Source: an uncultured bacterium
GTDB lineage: Bacteria; Hydrothermota; Tepidihabitantia; Tepidihabitantales; Tepidihabitantaceae
DNA length: 56,338 bases
Assembly (NCBI GenBank): GCA_965370805.1
Contig: CBDUVZ010000003.1
Coordinates: 1 to 56,338 of the forward strand
Direction of reading: 5' to 3'
Shown here: positions 35,779 to 43,401 of the stretch, piece after piece
Position numbering within the stretch: position 1 is the stretch's first letter
Layout: every line of letters starts with the position of its first letter
Made by a program: the position numbers and the translations under genes
The notes under the pieces: generated by a model
Seen by the model: only the letters and a program-made list of their open reading frames with translations
Told to the model about the DNA's origin: nothing
Databases searched by the model: none

Positions 35779-38004
35779 ATGCCGATTGCTTTGTTTCTGG
35801 CCGTTGCGTTGTTCCAGGTCGGGCCCGGCCTGACCACGCCGTTTGAAAGCGTGATCTGCGGCGGCGAGGACCTGGCGGATGAAACCCGTGCCGAATGGCT
35901 GGTCAATGGCGAATGCCGAATTGGGAATGCCGAATTGGGAAATGGAGATTCGGAATTCGACAGTTCCTCCGACTACTACTGGGACCCGGCGGACTCGCTT
36001 ACTATCTCCGGCGAGTTCGGGCCGGGCAGCCGACTGGTCGTTACCTGTCCGACTCCACCGGAGAGCCTCGAATTGTACTTCCCGCTCGATACCCTGGCGA
36101 CGGAATGCCGGGCCGCGGTTGACTACGCGCCGTCATGGCTCGAGGAGGAGTTGACCAGCGCTTTCCGGAGGCTGGGCGACTCGGCCGTGTTCTATGCCGA
36201 TCTGCTTCTTGCCGCGCCGCAGCAGTACGCCGACGAGATTGCATTCTGCATCGCCAGCATCGGACCCGAAGTTCTGGTTCATCCGCTGTTCAGTCCCGAA
36301 CTCCTGGAGGAGAATGCCCGCTACCTGTACGAGATTGCCGATTCGCTGCAGTACGCGGAGATTGTCGATCGCGGTTCGCCGCCGGGCGCCTACCACTCAA
36401 CTGTGTTGTATTCGGTCCTTTCCGGTGAGGATACCGTCCAACTGGAACTGCCCAGAATGATCTACTACCAGTACGTGGTCCACCCTACCACCAGCGACGA
36501 GATGCCGCGGATGGACGACTACGTCTACAACAAGCACTGGCGGGAGTATCTTTTCTACGACGCCGACTCCGGATACCCGGTGCTCTGCGATTACATCAAG
36601 CACGCCGAAATCGTCTGGGACCGGTCCCGGTACGTTTTCTCTCCGGGCCGGCCGTTCGAGCCGACCGACTACGCCCTGGATATCATCGGCAACTGGGCAA
36701 CCCGGACCCTGCCGTCCGGCGCGAGCGGCAACCGACCGATCCATCCGAATGTCATCGCCCACGAGCACAACGGCAACTGCGGGGAATGCCAGGACCTCCT
36801 GACCGCGGCCAGCCGGGCCTGCCTGATTCCGGTGGTCAATACCATGGACCCGTGTGAGGACCACGTCTGGTGTGAGTTCTGGGACCAGACCTGGTATCCG
36901 TACCAGATTGACCTCGGGTTCGGCGTGACCCACGTCGCCGATTCCTCGGTTGCCTACGACGAACAGGTCGGCGGGAGCAAGCGGGTCTCCGCAATCTGGA
37001 ACTGGCGGCCGGACGGCTACTGGTGGACCGTGACCGGCAAGTATTCGAATACCTGCTCACTCTACGTCCGGGCGCTCGACCAGCGGGGCCTGCCGATTGA
37101 CGGGGCAAGGGTGCTCATCTACAGCGAGGGCTGGGTCGGCGGGCTATCGACGACCGCTATCGGATTCACCGACAGCGACGGCGCGGTCGCTTTCGAACTC
37201 GGGGACCTGCGCAACTTCTACGCCCGGGTTTCGTCCCCGATCGGCGACTACCCTTCGCCGGACACTTCGGTGAAGATTATCGACCTCAGCCAGACCGGGG
37301 CCGTCTACTACAAGACGTTCTACGTCCCGGCTCCGCTGCCCGCGCCGAGGCCGGTGCCCGAGCAGTTCACCGGCGACTCGACGGTCGTCTGCAAATTCGA
37401 AGTGGCCATGGGAATCGCTTCAGAGCTGGACTACGGATACTGCATCTCAAGGGGTGCGGGCTCGGGTGACCCGGACGATACGGTCCGGTTCTACCAGTAC
37501 TATTCGGACGAGCAGTCCGGCGCTACGGTTGACCTGTTCATCACCGACACTGCGGGATACTCCGGGTATCTCGCCGGTGAGCGGTTCGGTGCGCTCTGGC
37601 TCGGCGACAACACCCCGAGTCGTCGATTCACTTTCGTCTGCCCGACGGCCGACCCGCACCGGTTGGTATTCTCCTCCGAAGACAAGCTGTACCTTTCCCG
37701 ATGGCTGGAGACGACCGTCAGGTTGTACGTCAGGACGCCGGGTGTGGCCGAAGGCGGCGCGACCGAGCCCGTCCGGGTTTCCTTTCCCACTGTCAGCCGC
37801 GGTCATCTGAACCTGAACCTGTCCCGACCGATGACCCTGCAGATATTCGACGTCACCGGCCGGCTGCTCGAACAGCATGACGTCGGTCCGCCCGGGCACG
37901 GTTGCGAGACGGCGCTTGAGACCGGCGTGTATCTGCTCAGGCTCGAATCCAAGGACGATGAGGCCGCGCATCTGCCGGTGCGCAAACTCATCGTTCTGCG
38001 CTAG
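35779..38004 (+). CDS. Transglutaminase-like cysteine protease-fold protein with T9SS C-terminal domain
   Basis: GGGAGG lies 4 nt upstream. Signal peptide MPIALFLAVALFQ. Cys-His-Asp core GNCGECQDLLTAASRACLIPV...DHVWCEFW...WYPYQID. CTD: ...LNLSRPMTLQIFDVTGRLLEQ...TGVYLLRL.... Confidence 0.8.
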   Translation: MPIALFLAVALFQVGPGLTTPFESVICGGEDLADETRAEWLVNGECRIGNAELGNGDSEFDSSSDYYWDPADSLTISGEFGPGSRLVVTCPTPPESLELYFPLDTLATECRAAVDYAPSWLEEELTSAFRRLGDSAVFYADLLLAAPQQYADEIAFCIASIGPEVLVHPLFSPELLEENARYLYEIADSLQYAEIVDRGSPPGAYHSTVLYSVLSGEDTVQLELPRMIYYQYVVHPTTSDEMPRMDDYVYNKHWREYLFYDADSGYPVLCDYIKHAEIVWDRSRYVFSPGRPFEPTDYALDIIGNWATRTLPSGASGNRPIHPNVIAHEHNGNCGECQDLLTAASRACLIPVVNTMDPCEDHVWCEFWDQTWYPYQIDLGFGVTHVADSSVAYDEQVGGSKRVSAIWNWRPDGYWWTVTGKYSNTCSLYVRALDQRGLPIDGARVLIYSEGWVGGLSTTAIGFTDSDGAVAFELGDLRNFYARVSSPIGDYPSPDTSVKIIDLSQTGAVYYKTFYVPAPLPAPRPVPEQFTGDSTVVCKFEVAMGIASELDYGYCISRGAGSGDPDDTVRFYQYYSDEQSGATVDLFITDTAGYSGYLAGERFGALWLGDNTPSRRFTFVCPTADPHRLVFSSEDKLYLSRWLETTVRLYVRTPGVAEGGATEPVRVSFPTVSRGHLNLNLSRPMTLQIFDVTGRLLEQHDVGPPGHGCETALETGVYLLRLESKDDEAAHLPVRKLIVLR

Positions 38005-38013
38005 GAGGCCGGG

Positions 38014-40929
38014 ATGAAAAAGCTCAGTCTATTGCTTATCCTGCTCAATACCGGCCTGGCCATCTTCCACACCGGGTGGCACGACGCCGGGCTGTTCACA
38101 GTGAAGCTGTCCAACTACGGTATGTTCGGGTACGAGAACTGCGGAATCTGGCCGAGAGGTACGAACGAGGTCTACATCTTCGGGGCCGGAATCTGGGTCG
38201 GGGGCCTGAAGCAGACCCCGGCGGGTGCCGAACTGACTTCCCCGGCCGGCGTGCTCGATTCCAGCCTGGCGGTATCCTCGATTGCGGGGTTCGATACGCT
38301 GCAGGGCATCATCCGGCTCGGCGATGAGTTCGTCTATTACCGCGCCACCACTCCCACCAGTTTCGATTCCTGCGTGCGGGGATTCGCGGGCACAACCGCG
38401 GAGTCCCACGCTGCCGGCGACTCGGTCAGGGGGATGGCGGCCAACGTGTCGGTCGGGTACAACCCGTCGTCGGCCCGGTCGGAGTTCGCTCCCGGCGACC
38501 TGCCGAATGAACCGGGCTACACCGATACCCTTGACCGGATACTCTTCTCCGACAATCCGGCCGATACCGCGCTCTGGCCGCTCCGGACCCCGGGCGGAGA
38601 CCGGATTGTCGTCTCCAACGAAGACAGCTACAATATCGCCAACGACCTGGACTCAAGTCGCCACGACGCCGGCGGCACGCCGCTCGACTTCAAAGTCATC
38701 GAAGTCGGCTACGCCTGGTACTACCATTACTACGAGGACTTCATCTTCCTCACCAATCTCATCGTCAACACCTCGACGACCGATACGCTCAAGCACCTGT
38801 TCCTCGGGCTCTGCTGCGACGCGGACATCGGCGACGCCACCGACGACCTGGTCGGGTCCGACCAGACCCGGGACCTCGGCTATGCCTGGGACTCGGACTT
38901 CATCGAGCCCGGCTGGCCCCGGACTCCGGGTTACGTCGGGTACGATTTCCTCGAAAGCCCGGTCGGTCAGTCCGGACAACTCGGCCTCACCGCGTTCAAG
39001 ATCCTGCACAATCCCGGGATTCCCGGTCCCGGGGTTCCGGACCCGGACAACGACCTCCAGGCCTATCTCACTGTCGCCGGCTACGACCATCCGACCGGTC
39101 TTTACCACCCGCTCGATTCGATTATCGACCCGACCGACGTCAGGTTCGTCCAGTGCACCGGTCCGTTCAACCTGGCCCCGCTCGATACCGCCCGGGTGGT
39201 AATCGCCGTCATCTACGGTGCGGATTCGATTGACCTCACCGAGAACTCGGACCTCGCGCAGCGGCTCTACGACTCCGGATTCATGACCCACATGGCCCGG
39301 GTTCTGACCCCGAACGGCGGCGAGGAAATCAGCGGGCCGTACACAATTACCTGGGAGGACTCAAGCGCTACCGGGGCCCCGCTGCTTGCCGATATCGGCT
39401 GCTCCCGGGACCGGGGCAAGACCTGGCGGGATATCGTCGTCGGCATCCCGAGCACCGGGACCTACGTCTGGAACACGCCCGACTATCCCGACGGCACGCG
39501 CTACCTCGTCCGGGTCACGGTCCACGATACCCTGGCGGTCGGCGAAGACCTCTCCGATACCTGCTTCACGGTCAACAACCCGGGCAACGGAGCGCCGGAC
39601 GTCGAACTCCTTGCGCCGCTCCGGGGAACCCTCCGCGGAACCGTGGCAATCGAATGGGACGCGGCCGACCCGGACCACGATACCCTGACTATCGATCTCT
39701 ACTTCAGTCCGGACACCGTCGACTGGGAGGTAATTGCCACCGGGCTTGCCAACACCGGCACCTACGAATGGAATACCTTCCTGGCGCACAACGGCGTCTA
39801 CTACCTGATGGTCAAAGCGAGCGACCGCGATACTTTCACCACGAACCGGAGCGAAACCACGGTCGAGATTGCGAACGACCATCCGCAGGCCGCCGGCGTC
39901 GAGCACGTCCGGGGCGGGTGCAACTCCCTGACGATCCTGGCCCTGGAATACGACCCGACCCAGTACACCGGTCACGGGTACGAAGTCAGCTTCGAGCCGA
40001 TAGCCCGGGGCACCCCGACCACCGAACCGCTCTACCGGTACAACCTGCGCGACGTCACCCGGGATACCATGCTCCTCGAACAGGTGGAACTGGAGATGCT
40101 GGCCGACGGCAACCTGTTCACCCAGTTCTCCCCGCTCATCGACGGCTTCGGACTCCAGTTCAATACTCAGGTGGACAAGAGCGGTTTCCGGTTCGTTGAC
40201 TACCGGGTCGAAACGAACCGCTCGGGCTTCGACGGCAACCTCGTGATTCAGGGCGAAGACAGCCTCGGCATCGCGCCGCCGCTCGCCGGCTACGAATGGT
40301 GCTTCCGGGGTTCGGAATTCTACCTCCGCTGGAAGCGAGAAGCCCCGCCTGACTCCCTGACGATTGAAGTCTACGACTCGACCAACCAGGTCCTGCTTCC
40401 TTATGACCGGAGTCGGGGAGACTGCTGGCATTTCGGCAGCGGCGGCAGCGCCGCGCGCTACTACAACCAGGCCGTGCACAAAGCGCTCTTCCTCGGCGGC
40501 GGGTACTTCTGGTTCAACCGGACCAACGAGATGACCATCCCGCCCGACACCGGCGACGTCTGGGTGGTCGGTTCCGCCGGGCACCGGGTCCCCTGCAACG
40601 ACAACCGGTACCGGTTCACCCCGGTCGGGATTGCCGAAGGCAAGGACGTGCTTCGGACCGGGATCTGCCGGATTGTCCCGAGCCCGGCCTCAAGGAACGC
40701 GACGGTCCACTACTCGCTGGCCCGGAAACAGCGGCTGACGGTTTCGATTCACGACATCGCGGGTCGGAAAGTGAGGACCCTGATTGACGGGGTCCAGTTG
40801 CCCGGACGGTACTCCCTGACCTGGGATAGAAAAGACGACGTCGGGCGCGAGATGAGCGCCGGGGTCTACTTCGCCAGTCTCAGGTCCGGCCAAACCGGCT
40901 CGGTGAAGAAAGTGGTGCTGGTCCGCTAG
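38014..40929 (+). CDS. Large secreted protein of unknown function with Asp-box module and T9SS C-terminal domain
   Basis: 971 aa; signal peptide MKKLSLLLILLNTGLA. N-terminal SNYGMFGYENCGIWPRGTNEVYIFGAGIWVGG region. Asp-box SRDRGKTW. Two Ig-like modules (TGTYVWNTP..., TGTYEWNT...). CTD: SPASRNATVHYSLARKQRLTVSIHDIAGRKVRTL...SAGVYFASL. Confidence 0.8.
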   Translation: MKKLSLLLILLNTGLAIFHTGWHDAGLFTVKLSNYGMFGYENCGIWPRGTNEVYIFGAGIWVGGLKQTPAGAELTSPAGVLDSSLAVSSIAGFDTLQGIIRLGDEFVYYRATTPTSFDSCVRGFAGTTAESHAAGDSVRGMAANVSVGYNPSSARSEFAPGDLPNEPGYTDTLDRILFSDNPADTALWPLRTPGGDRIVVSNEDSYNIANDLDSSRHDAGGTPLDFKVIEVGYAWYYHYYEDFIFLTNLIVNTSTTDTLKHLFLGLCCDADIGDATDDLVGSDQTRDLGYAWDSDFIEPGWPRTPGYVGYDFLESPVGQSGQLGLTAFKILHNPGIPGPGVPDPDNDLQAYLTVAGYDHPTGLYHPLDSIIDPTDVRFVQCTGPFNLAPLDTARVVIAVIYGADSIDLTENSDLAQRLYDSGFMTHMARVLTPNGGEEISGPYTITWEDSSATGAPLLADIGCSRDRGKTWRDIVVGIPSTGTYVWNTPDYPDGTRYLVRVTVHDTLAVGEDLSDTCFTVNNPGNGAPDVELLAPLRGTLRGTVAIEWDAADPDHDTLTIDLYFSPDTVDWEVIATGLANTGTYEWNTFLAHNGVYYLMVKASDRDTFTTNRSETTVEIANDHPQAAGVEHVRGGCNSLTILALEYDPTQYTGHGYEVSFEPIARGTPTTEPLYRYNLRDVTRDTMLLEQVELEMLADGNLFTQFSPLIDGFGLQFNTQVDKSGFRFVDYRVETNRSGFDGNLVIQGEDSLGIAPPLAGYEWCFRGSEFYLRWKREAPPDSLTIEVYDSTNQVLLPYDRSRGDCWHFGSGGSAARYYNQAVHKALFLGGGYFWFNRTNEMTIPPDTGDVWVVGSAGHRVPCNDNRYRFTPVGIAEGKDVLRTGICRIVPSPASRNATVHYSLARKQRLTVSIHDIAGRKVRTLIDGVQLPGRYSLTWDRKDDVGREMSAGVYFASLRSGQTGSVKKVVLVR

Positions 40930-41170
40930 CCGCGACCGAGAAGACCGGCAGTCAACCCCGGTCGAAGCGGCCGGCCGGCACCCGGACAAAAAGCGGGATT
41001 AATGCCCGATTATGGTCGGCGTAAACCAGCGGCCTCGTCACCACAACCCGCTCAGCAAGCATCACTTACCACCTTGACATCCATCGATATTGTCCGCACC
41101 CCACCCCTATCCCCATGAGTCACTCCCCGGGTGTCTCCAAATGGGCTACCCGATAGCCTACCAGATTGCC

Positions 41171-41320
41171 TATCGGAGGGCTCTCCGGGGGTGCTATCGG
41201 AGGACATAATAAGTGGCACTCCGGGGGTGCTATCGGAGGACATAAAGAAAGGCTCTCCGGGGGTGCTATCGGATTGCGTATCGGAGGGCGTATCGGATTG
41301 CGTATCGGAGGACATATAGG
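41171..41320. repeat. Nested 12/36-bp tandem repeat (tatcgga core)
   Basis: tatcgga occurs at 41171, 41195, 41231, 41267, 41279, 41291 and 41303; all spacings are multiples of 12. ctccgggggtgctatcgga occurs 3 times at 36-bp spacing (41183, 41219, 41255). Confidence 0.85.
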
Positions 41321-41643
41321 AGGTGCTAGTGGCTTGCACCGGGCAGGAAAAGGACCGGGACACTCCCCCGGACACGGTTCCGACTGCCGGCGAACGGCAT
41401 TCGGCAAACAAAAAGCCGCAGGACGGGCTAAGGCCCGAGCCTGTGACAATAGATATTTTGCCGTCGCGTGCAAGTGTCATTTACCCTTCTTTCGTTTTTC
41501 TCCATTCCTCTTCAACGCTCAGATTATACCGACTCCCCGCCGATAGTCAATCGAAACGTACGGTCCACAACCGCAGCTTCTTGACATCGAACCGGTTCGA
41601 CCTATCGTTCTACCAATGTCAACAACCAGCGCAAGGCGGACAC

Positions 41644-43350
41644 GTGGCTGACAACTTGCTCTACTTCGGGGACAACCTCAAGGTCCTGCGCGAACACGTC
41701 AAGGACGAGTCGGTTGACCTCGTCTACCTCGACCCGCCCTTCAACTCCAAGGCGAACTACAACGTCCTGTTCAAGGAAGTAGACGGCACGCCCTCCAGCG
41801 CACAAATACACGCGTTCACCGACTTCTGGCAGTGGGACGACGTCACGGCCCGCACCTGGCACGAACTCCTGACCGACGCCACGGCCCCGCCCGACCTCAT
41901 CAACCTCCTGCGCGGATTCGAACAATTCCTCGGGCACAACGCCATGCTCGCCTACCTCGTGATGATGGCCCCGCGCCTGGTCCAACTCCACCGGGTCCTC
42001 AAACCCACCGGCTCCATCTACCTCCACTGCGACCCGACCGCGAGTCACTATCTGAAGGTCATGCTCGATGCCGTCTTCGGCGTTCAGCACTTCCTAAGCG
42101 AAGTCATCTGGAAGCGAACGAGCGCCCATAGCGGCGCTCTCAGGTACGGTCCCGTCCACGACACTGTGTTGTTCTACTCCAAGTCGGACCGTTTCGTCTG
42201 GAACGAGGTGCTACATCCTCATGACCCTGACTACGTGAAGAAGTTCTTCAGAGCAGTAGAGTCCGGCAGCGGACGGAGATTTCATGCCAATGTGCTCACC
42301 GGAGCCGGTACTCGACACGGCGAAAGCGGAATGCCCTGGCGAGGCTACAACCCGACAGCACATGGAAGGCACTGGGCTCTTCCCGGGAAGATGCTGGAAG
42401 CGCTGGACGTCAGGGGTGGCACGGTTCAGGCCCGACTAGATGCATTGGACACAGCGGGCCGGGTATACTGGCCCACGAAAGAGGGTGGCCAACCGAGACT
42501 GAAGTACTACGCAGATGAACTCAAGGGCCAGCCGGCGATGGATGTGTGGACGGACGTTCCTCCGGTCTCCGGACACGTCGCCGAGCGGCTCGGCTATCCG
42601 ACGCAGAAACCCCTCGCCCTGCTTGAGCGCATCATCCAATCCTCCAGCAACGAGGGCGACATGGTATTGGACCCGTTCTGCGGGTGCGGGACGACTATCG
42701 TTGCGGCCCAGAAGCTGAACCGGCGGTGGATTGGCATCGACGTTACCTATCTGGCCGTGAACCTGATGGAGAACCGGCTGGCCGATATGTTCGGGGACAA
42801 AGCAGAGTTCGACGTGCATGGGATTCCGACCGACTGGGCGTCTGCGGTGAAGCTGGCCGAGGAGACCGACACCCCGCGCAAGGAGTTTGAGCTATGGGCA
42901 TTGAGCCTGGTCAAGGCAAGGCCCAAGGGCGACCCGGGCAAGAAGGGCGGCGGGGACAAGGGCATCGACGGGGTCCGGTTCTTCGTGGACGGCCCGAAGC
43001 GCACGCCCCGGCAGGTCATCGTGCAGGTCAAGAGCGACCGCAAACCCAAGGTCGCCTACGTCCGGGACCTGGTCGGCACGGTCCAGCGCGAGAACGCGGC
43101 CATCGGTGCGCTGATACTCCTCCATCCCCCATCCGACCGGTCGGAGATTCCCGCCGAGGCGGCAAGCGCCGGGTACTACCATTCGGACATCATGAACAAG
43201 GACTACGCGAAGGTGCAGGTATTGACGGTCGAGGGATTACTCAACGGAACCGAACGCCTCGACATGCCCGCCTTCGCCGCGGATGACCTGACCTTCAAGA
43301 AAGCGAAGAAGGCGGAGAAGAAAACCGAGCAGGAAAAGCTGGACGTGTAG
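41644..43350 (+). CDS. Beta-class N6A/N4C DNA methyltransferase (PF01555-type) fused to C-terminal Mrr-like PD-(D/E)xK nuclease domain
   Basis: GTG at 41644 gives (M)ADNLLYFGDNLKVL, the usual N-terminus of this family; an alternative TTG lies at 41581. Motif IV VDLVYLDPPFNS precedes motif I VLDPFCGCGTTIVAAQKL. C-terminal FELWALSLV...GDKGIDGVRFF...VIVQVKS...VRDLVGTV... has a restriction-endonuclease-like core. Confidence 0.85.
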   Translation: MADNLLYFGDNLKVLREHVKDESVDLVYLDPPFNSKANYNVLFKEVDGTPSSAQIHAFTDFWQWDDVTARTWHELLTDATAPPDLINLLRGFEQFLGHNAMLAYLVMMAPRLVQLHRVLKPTGSIYLHCDPTASHYLKVMLDAVFGVQHFLSEVIWKRTSAHSGALRYGPVHDTVLFYSKSDRFVWNEVLHPHDPDYVKKFFRAVESGSGRRFHANVLTGAGTRHGESGMPWRGYNPTAHGRHWALPGKMLEALDVRGGTVQARLDALDTAGRVYWPTKEGGQPRLKYYADELKGQPAMDVWTDVPPVSGHVAERLGYPTQKPLALLERIIQSSSNEGDMVLDPFCGCGTTIVAAQKLNRRWIGIDVTYLAVNLMENRLADMFGDKAEFDVHGIPTDWASAVKLAEETDTPRKEFELWALSLVKARPKGDPGKKGGGDKGIDGVRFFVDGPKRTPRQVIVQVKSDRKPKVAYVRDLVGTVQRENAAIGALILLHPPSDRSEIPAEAASAGYYHSDIMNKDYAKVQVLTVEGLLNGTERLDMPAFAADDLTFKKAKKAEKKTEQEKLDV

Positions 43351-43363
43351 AAATATCGGGAAT

Positions 43364-43384
43364 GACCCGGGTTTGTCCCGGGTC
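43364..43384 (+). terminator. Perfect hairpin gacccggg-tttgt-cccgggtc after the MTase-nuclease gene
   Basis: 8-bp GC-rich stem with a 5-nt loop, 14 nt after the stop. No T-tract. Confidence 0.4.
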
Positions 43385-43401
43385 TACCAGAGGAGGCGCA
43401 A

